The position numbers and the translations under genes were made by a program. The notes under the pieces are model-generated. The model saw only the letters and a list, made by a program, of their open reading frames with translations. It did no database searches and was not told the origin of the DNA. This document shows, one piece after another, positions 8,983 to 16,519 of a stretch of 64,000 nt of DNA (within the stretch, counting starts at the first letter, position 1; each line of letters opens with the position of its first letter). Source of the DNA: Lachnospiraceae bacterium UBA3641 (GTDB lineage: Bacteria; Bacillota; Clostridia; Lachnospirales; Lachnospiraceae); NCBI GenBank assembly GCA_002373875.1, contig DFKQ01000060.1, forward strand, positions 12,993 through 76,992. The letters run 5' to 3'.

Positions 8983-11512
8983 CGAACTCTATTACGGATT
9001 TTCAAAAGGAGAGAATACAAGGCATGAGAAGAACAATGACCTGATCCACTGCCTTGTTGTCGGCATGCTTATTTTCTGTGCCTCGGCAGGTTGTGTACTG
9101 GGGATATTAAGTCAGTTTAAGATCGCGGCCAACTACCCCCTTATACTCATCATACTCCTGATCTTATCACTTTTCCTTGCCCTTATACATATATCCAGGC
9201 TCTTTTACAATGTTGGGTATTTCCTCTTCATGTTCCTCTTTGCCTACGGCCTTTTTGCCATGAGGACCTACGCCAATTCCGGCTATCAGGCCCTTTTAAA
9301 TATTGTTAACGAAGCTTATTCGGACTACTACCACCTATCCTCGATCCGTGAATATACGGAGATCATCCCGGACAGATATCTGACCATAACCACGGTCAGC
9401 ATTTTTCTGGGTATCTTCCTTGTCCTGCTGCTTAATGTCGATATATTTAACAACATGTACTATGCCACTGCCTTCTTTCTTACCTTTCTGCCCCTTCAGC
9501 TTGGCATTTTCATAGGCAGATACCCTTCGTATCTGTCCCTTAGCTTCCTCTTTTTCTCCTATTTCGGGATATTCCTGCTAAGACATTCCTGCCACTTCTA
9601 TTTTGTGCAGCCTGCAAGGCGGAAGAAGCCCCGGGAATACTCCTTTGATTATTACGATAAAAAGGGAAGACTCATCATTTTCCATAAGTCAAATGCTTTA
9701 TCGATGCTGTCCATATGCCTCTTCGCCCTGTGCGCTTCCCTCATCTTTTCGGCCTTTACCTCTTCCGTAATAACAGCATCGGAGAATGAAGCCGTTCTTC
9801 GTAAAAGCCCACTTAAGGCAAGGCTTGATGAAAATGTTAAAATTCTTACGCAGACCGGTATCATGGGCCTCTTTAACAGATATGAAGCCAAGGGCGGCAT
9901 AAGCGGGGGCAAGCTGGGCGGAGTGCGGAGCGTATCCCCCGATTACGAAACGGACCTTGAAGTAACCTTCGTTCCCTATTCCTTCGAAACCCTATACCTT
10001 AAGGGCTACACCTCCCGGTTATATACGGGAAGCTCATGGGAGGCACCCAAAAGGGGAAGCTCCTACGAGATCAAGCTTCCTCCGTCTTCAATGGCAGAGC
10101 TTCAGCCCGAAAGGAATCGTATATTAAGTGAGAGCCGGGCACTTCATCTTATGTCCGGTGCCAAAATGACGGACCAGGTCTCTGCCCGGATGAAGATAAA
10201 AAACATCGATGCCGACACGGGATACGTTTATACCCCTTATTTCCTGTCGTCAATTCCCGATAACGTGATCGTTGAACCTTCATCGATCCTTACAGGATAT
10301 TCGGCAACAGACAGCGAAAAAATCTATGAGTTCACTCCTTTTTCACAGAGCATCGCGGCAACCGTATTTGATGATCAGGACATACTACAGGGTCTGTACA
10401 ATGAAGAAGAGCTAAATGAACGTAATTCATATGATGAAGAGATCGCTGCCAACTACCTGCAGATACCGCCGCAGATAAGCGATGAACTTATGTCCTATCA
10501 TGAAAGAATAGGAACAGCCAATACTGTCCGTGGACAGATCGATCTTATATACAGCTTCTTTCTTGAAAATTACAGTTATGACATGGCTCCCGGCGCCACT
10601 CCCTACAACAGGGATTTTGTTACCTATTTTCTTGGTGAACAGAAACGCGGATACTGTGCCCACTTCGCATCGGCAGCAACTCTCCTGCTTCGTTCCTACG
10701 GGATACCCGCAAGATATGTGGAAGGGTACGTTATTACTCCTTCAGGCATTACCGAATCGGCAGTGGCAAGTGAAGGTGATACGGACTACTATTATACAGG
10801 TCCCAATCCCCTTGGTAATCCGTCCCTTATCACAACCGAAGTATCGGACGGTAACGCTCACGCCTGGACTGAAGTATATGTAAGCGGCTTCGGATGGCTG
10901 CCGGTTGATCTTACCGTTCCGGATACAGGACAGACAGGGGCATCCTATGCCGATTTCCTTACATCCCTGTCAAGGCTTTTGGATCCTGCATATATTCCGG
11001 AAAATGATGAGGCTGCCGGCGGAAATGATCCCATTCAGGATTTTAATCCGTCATCCTTCTTTAACCTTAATGATTTTTCGGCCTTTAATATTTTCGCCGG
11101 TCTCATTCTGTTTCTTATGCTTATCCCCGTATTTAAGCGAAGCTTCCTTGCTCTTAAGGATCACGGAAACAGACGACGTTCATATATGGCAGGTGATTAT
11201 GCACCTCTTGTCTCCCACATCTACAAAAAGGCCTGCAGGAAGCTTGCAAAAAAATACTCCGTAAAGCCTTCTGTCCTTACGGAAGAAAACTTCCTTCTCA
11301 TATCGCGCCTGATCGCCTCCGGTTCTAAAAAGGCATCAAGACTGACAGCCCTTACGGACGCAAACAACTTAAGCCTTGACGACATGCTCCTTCTTACCCG
11401 GACCTGCTTCTACGGAAGCAAAAAAATCAGCAGGCCGGAAGCCGACCTGCTGATAAGGTTCTATCGCTCAATCCTTGCTGCTTCTCCTGCCCATTATGCG
11501 AAGAAGCCTTAA
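8972..11512 (+). CDS. Transglutaminase-like multi-pass membrane protein
   Basis: 846 aa. Many N-terminal TM helices. Transglutaminase core with a Cys/His/Asp triad context (RGYCAHFASAATLLLRSYGIPARYVEGY..NAHAWTEVY..LPVDLT). Its start overlaps the DUF58 stop. Confidence 0.85.
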   Translation: MLTDELYYGFSKGENTRHEKNNDLIHCLVVGMLIFCASAGCVLGILSQFKIAANYPLILIILLILSLFLALIHISRLFYNVGYFLFMFLFAYGLFAMRTYANSGYQALLNIVNEAYSDYYHLSSIREYTEIIPDRYLTITTVSIFLGIFLVLLLNVDIFNNMYYATAFFLTFLPLQLGIFIGRYPSYLSLSFLFFSYFGIFLLRHSCHFYFVQPARRKKPREYSFDYYDKKGRLIIFHKSNALSMLSICLFALCASLIFSAFTSSVITASENEAVLRKSPLKARLDENVKILTQTGIMGLFNRYEAKGGISGGKLGGVRSVSPDYETDLEVTFVPYSFETLYLKGYTSRLYTGSSWEAPKRGSSYEIKLPPSSMAELQPERNRILSESRALHLMSGAKMTDQVSARMKIKNIDADTGYVYTPYFLSSIPDNVIVEPSSILTGYSATDSEKIYEFTPFSQSIAATVFDDQDILQGLYNEEELNERNSYDEEIAANYLQIPPQISDELMSYHERIGTANTVRGQIDLIYSFFLENYSYDMAPGATPYNRDFVTYFLGEQKRGYCAHFASAATLLLRSYGIPARYVEGYVITPSGITESAVASEGDTDYYYTGPNPLGNPSLITTEVSDGNAHAWTEVYVSGFGWLPVDLTVPDTGQTGASYADFLTSLSRLLDPAYIPENDEAAGGNDPIQDFNPSSFFNLNDFSAFNIFAGLILFLMLIPVFKRSFLALKDHGNRRRSYMAGDYAPLVSHIYKKACRKLAKKYSVKPSVLTEENFLLISRLIASGSKKASRLTALTDANNLSLDDMLLLTRTCFYGSKKISRPEADLLIRFYRSILAASPAHYAKKP

Positions 11513-12175
11513 GAACAGATTGATTATATCAAGGTAGATATCGAGCGCACAGTCAACTGCATTGTCAAGGGTAGGCGTATACTGCTGGGCCCTGTAAAAG
11601 TCATACCCTATATACAGCGAAAAGATAAGGGCACCGAACCAGGCAAAAGCATTAAACACTCCGTTTACGAACAAGCCGATCACAGAACCTATAACCACCG
11701 CTATGAGACCGAAGAAAAGGTATCTGCCCATGGACTCAAATACATTTGGCAGCAGCATGCTTGATGCGATCATGATCCCGGATATACAGAAGGTATAGAG
11801 AAAGGCCTGGCTTACAATATCACTCTCAAGTCCTCCATATACCTGTACAGCCATTGACACCACAAGACCACTGGGTACAACAACCATATTGTAACCGATA
11901 AAGCTTAATATGGGATTGGATGACCTTGCCGATATGACCGTTCCGGCTATCACCAGCACGATATAGCCGATAAAAAAGATCATGGGATTTATGAATTCAT
12001 AAACATTCGGTACTGCCTTGCATAAGATGTAATTGACCACAAGGCCGTAAACCACTATCCCGCCCATTATAAGGTTATACTTCTGTCTGTCGATAACATC
12101 ATTAAGATTATAATCGGCGTACAGTCTCTCATATTTACGATTGTCCAAAAAGCTCCTGCTTCCTTCATCAGCCAT
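11468..12175 (-). CDS. Bax inhibitor-1/YccA-family membrane protein
   Basis: 235 aa with 7 TM helices and the characteristic C-terminus ALDIYLDIINLFLRLLRI. It lies 2 nt downstream of the NeuB-like stop and overlaps the transglutaminase 3' end convergently by 45 nt. Confidence 0.8.
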   Translation of the reverse strand: MADEGSRSFLDNRKYERLYADYNLNDVIDRQKYNLIMGGIVVYGLVVNYILCKAVPNVYEFINPMIFFIGYIVLVIAGTVISARSSNPILSFIGYNMVVVPSGLVVSMAVQVYGGLESDIVSQAFLYTFCISGIMIASSMLLPNVFESMGRYLFFGLIAVVIGSVIGLFVNGVFNAFAWFGALIFSLYIGYDFYRAQQYTPTLDNAVDCALDIYLDIINLFLRLLRIMGRRSSKD

Positions 12176-12177
12176 CT

Positions 12178-13344
12178 TTATACCTCCGTATAATGTGTAT
12201 TGCCGGCTCCGTCATCATCAGCTGCCTTTCCTATCATATCAGCAGTGATGATGGTATCATCCTCTATATCCGTAAGAGCAGCCTTTCCCACAACTTCGAA
12301 AAGCCTGTCCGGCGATATTCCCGTTCCCGGTCTCTTGAAGGTCAGCATGGACTCGGTTATAACGGTCCCCACAGGAATATTTCCGTCCGCAACTATCGAA
12401 CGTCTTGCATTGGCCCTTGCCGTCATCTCCGTTTCAAGGCAGTTAAGTTCGCCGCTTCCTCTTATTATGTCAAGTTCATTTATCGCTTCAAGTATACGCC
12501 TTGCATCATAAGGATCCATGGCATGATAATGATCGTTACCCTTAAGTGTCTTATCAAGCGTAAAGTGCTTCTCGATACACTGGGCTCCCAGATTATATGC
12601 CGTCTTTATAACATCGCAGTTATCCGTAGGCTTGGTATGGTCCGAATACCCTATATAGAGTTCCGGGAACTGTCTCTTAAGCGACAGTATCTTCAGAAGA
12701 TTGGCATCCTTAAGGGGTGTGGGATATTCAAGCACACAGTGCATAAGGACAATGGGCTGCTCGCTTACCGCCCTTATGGTGTCAACAGCCGCTTCTATCT
12801 CGGGCAGATCGGATGCTCCCACCGACATGATGATCGGCTTGTTCTTCTTGGCCTGATGCTCTATAAAGGGAAGGTTGCTTAAATCCGATGAGGATATCTT
12901 GTAGACCTGCATAAGCTCATCAAGGTAATCGGCAGAATCATAATCGAAGGCTGTCGACAGAAACTCTATACCCGTCTCATCGCAGTACTCCTTAAGCTCC
13001 TTATACTCATCATATCCGAAGGAATCGAACTTTTTAAAAAGCTCGTATTGGGACCGTGTGGGTTCCTCGTTTATATCCCAGTAATAGGGTGATGCCTTGG
13101 CCGCAAGTGTTCCTGCCTTGTAGGTCTGGAACTTAACCGCATGGATACCGGCTTCCTTGGCTTCCCTTATCATGAGCTTGGCCGCTTCCATGGGAGTGAT
13201 ACCCTCCTTGGTCGCGATATCATAATAATTGACTCCGATCTCGGCAATGAGGACGAACTTATCCTCGGAAAGCCTGCGCATTATCGTGCTGGTTGTCGTG
13301 GTTAAATTATCGTTGCTACTGTCACTGTCCATGATTTCCTCCAT
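12178..13344 (-). CDS. NeuB-family nonulosonic (sialic/pseudaminic/legionaminic) acid synthase, SpsE-like
   Basis: 388 aa. TIM-barrel NeuB pattern (IAEIGVNY..AVKFQT..KISSSDLSN.P..MSVGAS..MHCVLEYPTP..YSDHT) plus a C-terminal SAF domain (RRSIVA..IP.GTVIT..MLTFKRPGTGISP). Confidence 0.85.
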   Translation of the reverse strand: MEEIMDSDSSNDNLTTTTSTIMRRLSEDKFVLIAEIGVNYYDIATKEGITPMEAAKLMIREAKEAGIHAVKFQTYKAGTLAAKASPYYWDINEEPTRSQYELFKKFDSFGYDEYKELKEYCDETGIEFLSTAFDYDSADYLDELMQVYKISSSDLSNLPFIEHQAKKNKPIIMSVGASDLPEIEAAVDTIRAVSEQPIVLMHCVLEYPTPLKDANLLKILSLKRQFPELYIGYSDHTKPTDNCDVIKTAYNLGAQCIEKHFTLDKTLKGNDHYHAMDPYDARRILEAINELDIIRGSGELNCLETEMTARANARRSIVADGNIPVGTVITESMLTFKRPGTGISPDRLFEVVGKAALTDIEDDTIITADMIGKAADDDGAGNTHYTEV

Positions 13345-13363
13345 ATTGTCTGTTGCATATATA

Positions 13364-13515
13364 TAATCCGCTTAGCGTCATACATTTCATCCGAACCGTC
13401 AGAGTACCGGAAAATAACTCGAATCCATTCTCGTTTTTTTCCTCTCCCCTCCATCCGGTCGGGGAGCACTCTTCCTCTCGGCTAAAATGTATGCCGCTTC
13501 GCTCATTTACAATTC
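13364..13515 (-). repeat. Structured intergenic repeat, copy A (short form); homologous to 50960-51203
   Basis: The reverse complement aligns with element B. Shared blocks are AGCGAAGCGGCAT.CATTT, GAGAGGAA.AGTGCTCCCCGACCGG, AAAAAAA.CGAGAATGGATTCGAGTT.TTTTCCGGTACT.TGA and GTATGACGC..AGCG. The terminal arms are inverted (CATACATTT/AAATGTATG). It is sense to the flanking genes. Confidence 0.5.
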
Positions 13516-13523
13516 AAAATGAA

Positions 13524-15233
13524 TTATGGGAGTTTCTTACTCCACCTGGCGTATCCTGCCTCGTAAAACCGCATGAGTTCACCAATCTGGGAAACGAACT
13601 TCTCATCGCGTTCCTCTTCGTGAGCCAGTATCTTCTCCGCCTTAGCCATGAGATAGAAGAGATCTATCTCGAAACCGACATCCTTTATTGTCTTAAGGTA
13701 GGCTGCGCAGGAATGGATGTTATCTATATCCCCGAAGTCCCTGATGAGGGCCGGAAGTTCTTCATAGCTGTGTACCTTGGTTATGCCGTCGATAAGCTCG
13801 AAGGGAACATCACCGAAGATGATCGACTTCCTTCCCAGAAGGGCTTCCTCATAGGCCGTTGTCCCCACTATGGTCACAACCCCTCTGGCGTTTATGATCC
13901 AGGGCTTGGGATCATGGTAATGGTTGACCTGCACAAGGCGTACATTGTGAAGCTGACGGACCTTCTTATAGAAGTCAACGCTCCTCTCACCAAGCATGGC
14001 CTGATGTTCCTTAACGTAGAGCCACCATCCCACCGGGAGTGACTTAGACACGGCTTCTATAAGGCTTAATTCATCCACATAGTAGGATGCCTTAACGAAT
14101 ACTGTCGACTCCGGTATAAGGTGCAGGGGCATGTATACGTAATTCTCACCCTCGAGGGGAGCTTCGAACAGCTTATTCTTCCCCATGAACTTACGCCTTA
14201 GGGTCATTACCTGCCAGTAGTGCTTAATATAGGGAAGGCTTGGGGCATACAGAAGCCTGTTGGTCTTCTTTATCTTATGGTTGCCCTTGCTTATATCCAT
14301 GTCGAAAAAGTAATGGAACTTGCCCCTCATGACCCGCAGTATCCAGATGATCGAATCCCTCTCATACTGAGAAGTCACTGTACCTGCAAATTCCTTATTC
14401 ATTATTGTGGATTTACTTCGGTAATCGTAGATATAATCGTATTCCTCTTTCAACGCTTCGGAACTTAGCTTCAGGTTTTCATTATACTGCTTCACCACAT
14501 ATTCGTCGATACCTATGGTATTTTGGAAGGTCGGATACTTATAATAGCCGAACTTACTGTACTCAACCGTTATATAAGGCACATTCTTCGAATAAGCCAC
14601 CTCGTTTATTATGGTTCTCTGCAGTTCCGCATTGTCAAAATCAAGTATCATGTCGGGCTTGAATTCCTCGAAGATACCAAGTATCTTCTTATAATTCAGC
14701 TCAAGCCAGAGCATGTTCTCATCAAAGTTGGTTACCGACCAGTAGTATCTGAAATGATAGTGCCTGGTATTCTCCTGCGAACACATAAGCTGCATGTTAA
14801 GGTTCTTAAAATGCGAGTAGTCCTTCTCTATCATCTCAAGATATTCCATATCTGCTATTGGTTTACGTTCATCACGCCTTGATAAAACCTTCTTATCCGG
14901 CTGGTATATCTTATTGAAGAGCTGGACCTGTCCCTTCTTCTTATATCCCGCCTCGTCAAGCCTTCTTGTGTATTCCTCGCATATGTCCCTTACATCGTAC
15001 AGTTTTATTCCGGGAAGTTCTTCCTTGAACCTGTAGTAGGTGTTCACGTTGTAGTAGCACTTATTGTAGCTGCACTCCGTGGACATTATAAAGAAGCAGG
15101 CAACATCATTGTCTTCCTTAAGCCTCTCGGCTATAAACCACAGGGGCTGGGAATAGGTCTCCCTGCACACAAAAAGAACTCTTTTATTCTTTATTCTTGT
15201 ATCTGTATCTTTCTCCTCGAAATTATGAGCCAT
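13524..15233 (-). CDS. Capsule_synth (KpsS/KpsC-like) family protein; candidate CMP-ulosonic-acid-dependent glycosyltransferase
   Basis: 569 aa. YVYMPLHLIPESTV and LYVKEHQAM resemble the PLQ..D.Q and K.HP motifs of KpsS/KpsC-type capsule enzymes. It sits directly upstream of the NeuB-like gene. The assignment rests on motif resemblance only. Confidence 0.4.
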   Translation of the reverse strand: MAHNFEEKDTDTRIKNKRVLFVCRETYSQPLWFIAERLKEDNDVACFFIMSTECSYNKCYYNVNTYYRFKEELPGIKLYDVRDICEEYTRRLDEAGYKKKGQVQLFNKIYQPDKKVLSRRDERKPIADMEYLEMIEKDYSHFKNLNMQLMCSQENTRHYHFRYYWSVTNFDENMLWLELNYKKILGIFEEFKPDMILDFDNAELQRTIINEVAYSKNVPYITVEYSKFGYYKYPTFQNTIGIDEYVVKQYNENLKLSSEALKEEYDYIYDYRSKSTIMNKEFAGTVTSQYERDSIIWILRVMRGKFHYFFDMDISKGNHKIKKTNRLLYAPSLPYIKHYWQVMTLRRKFMGKNKLFEAPLEGENYVYMPLHLIPESTVFVKASYYVDELSLIEAVSKSLPVGWWLYVKEHQAMLGERSVDFYKKVRQLHNVRLVQVNHYHDPKPWIINARGVVTIVGTTAYEEALLGRKSIIFGDVPFELIDGITKVHSYEELPALIRDFGDIDNIHSCAAYLKTIKDVGFEIDLFYLMAKAEKILAHEEERDEKFVSQIGELMRFYEAGYARWSKKLP

Positions 15234-15385
15234 CTTATCCTGCTTACTCTTTCTCTTGCTGGTTTTTTCTCCCTGAAGTTATAGATTATCTTATCCTGCT
15301 TACTCTTTCTCTTGCTGTATTTTTCTCCCTGAAGTTATAGATTATCTTATCCTGCTTCACCTTTCTCCTTCAAGATATAGGTTTT
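15234..15385. repeat. 56-bp tandem direct repeat (2 near-identical copies plus 1 degenerate copy) forming the 5' leader of the 13524-15233 gene
   Basis: The copies start at 15234, 15290 and 15346. Copies 1 and 2 differ at 2 of 56 positions. The proximal copy supplies the AGGA RBS and abuts the ATG at 15233. Confidence 0.85.
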
Positions 15386-15393
15386 TTTCCGGC

Positions 15394-16485
15394 TTAATCT
15401 TGCCTTCCCCCTCCGGGGGAAGGTGTCCGAAGGACGGATGAGGGGATCACACCCTGCCCTCTGAATGTGCCTTCCCAGTCAACTCCCGACCTGAAGGCCT
15501 TGTGCCCCTCAAGGAATTTCTTCCTCCTTGAAAGAGTCACCCATTTAAAAAGGACAGGGCTTATATTGCACATATCCATCTTGATCTTAAGGCTTCCCGG
15601 GACCCTCGGATCCTTCTTGACAAGCGGTGCGTGTTCCTTTACATACTTAAGATATTCCCTGTCATGGTCCCTTGAGAAGTTACCGTATAGGAAGGAATTC
15701 TGTATAACGCTTAAGTTCTCATTAACAAGAAAGAATTCAACAGCCTCTCTTATCTCATCTCCGAATTCCTCAAGCAGCTTATCGCATATCTCATGATCAG
15801 CCTTAAGAGACAGCCTCAGATTCTCCTCTATCCTGGAACCTGAATCCTCGCTTATCCTGAAGTAATATTTCGAGGCTGAATTATACACTATCCTTGTGGC
15901 CTTTGACAATATAAGATGGGCCATCTGCCTGTCTTCCACAAGCTTTCCTTCGGGAAACCTCACTCCGTCAAACAATTCCTTTTTATAAAGCTTATCCCAT
16001 AAATGAAGGAAGAATCCCTCCTGATAAAGTATTATCTTAAAGGCATCGGGCACACTCAGTACCTCTTCCCTGTTCTCCTCGCTTCCTTCTGCGCAGTTCT
16101 CGTAGAGGTAATACTTGCCGACGACCGATACATCCGCATCGTGTGACTTTGCTGCCCTTACCATCGTTTCGATCATATCGGCCTTAATGTAGTCATCGCC
16201 GTCAACAAAGGCTATATAATCACCGGTCACGGCTTCAAGTCCCTTATTCCTTGCATCCGCCGTTCCCCTGGGCTCAGCCTTAATAACATTTATCCTGTCA
16301 TCACGGGTCGCGAATTCATCCACTATATCCTCGCATGCCTTATCACCCTTACCGACCACACATATGATCTCAATGTTTTCATAGGTCTGGTTTATTACAC
16401 TCTCCAGGCATCCCCTTAAATATTTCGCAACCTTGTATATTATGATTATTATACTTACTTTTTCCATCTTTCCAAAATATCGCAT
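15394..16485 (-). CDS. Family 2 glycosyltransferase
   Basis: 363 aa. KVSIIIIIYKVAKYLRGCLESVINQTYENIEIICV...AFVDGDDY is the GT2 signature. The start may be the ATG at 16467 (MEKVS). The last ~10 codons are encoded by a GC-rich hairpin (15403-15423). Confidence 0.85.
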   Translation of the reverse strand: MRYFGKMEKVSIIIIIYKVAKYLRGCLESVINQTYENIEIICVVGKGDKACEDIVDEFATRDDRINVIKAEPRGTADARNKGLEAVTGDYIAFVDGDDYIKADMIETMVRAAKSHDADVSVVGKYYLYENCAEGSEENREEVLSVPDAFKIILYQEGFFLHLWDKLYKKELFDGVRFPEGKLVEDRQMAHLILSKATRIVYNSASKYYFRISEDSGSRIEENLRLSLKADHEICDKLLEEFGDEIREAVEFFLVNENLSVIQNSFLYGNFSRDHDREYLKYVKEHAPLVKKDPRVPGSLKIKMDMCNISPVLFKWVTLSRRKKFLEGHKAFRSGVDWEGTFRGQGVIPSSVLRTPSPGGGRQD

Positions 16486-16519
16486 TTACCGATATATCGG
16501 TTCAGGGCCAATGTGTCAC

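Noticed and set aside
13364-13515. MITE or transposon interpretation of the structured repeats (also 50960-51203).
   Set aside because: Terminal inverted arms exist. However, I see no target-site duplications and no transposase in the window. The strand-specific G-U pairs and uniform sense orientation fit an RNA-level element better. The MITE reading is not excluded, and the element is reported as a finding instead.
15234-15393. Possible CRISPR-like or leader-peptide interpretation of the 56-bp repeats. A 24-codon GTG-initiated mini-ORF (MKQDKIIYNFREKNTARERVSRIR) can be read through them.
   Set aside because: The repeats are directly abutting with no spacers, and no cas genes are present, so this is not CRISPR. 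The mini-ORF follows from the repeat sequence itself and I have no independent support for its translation.
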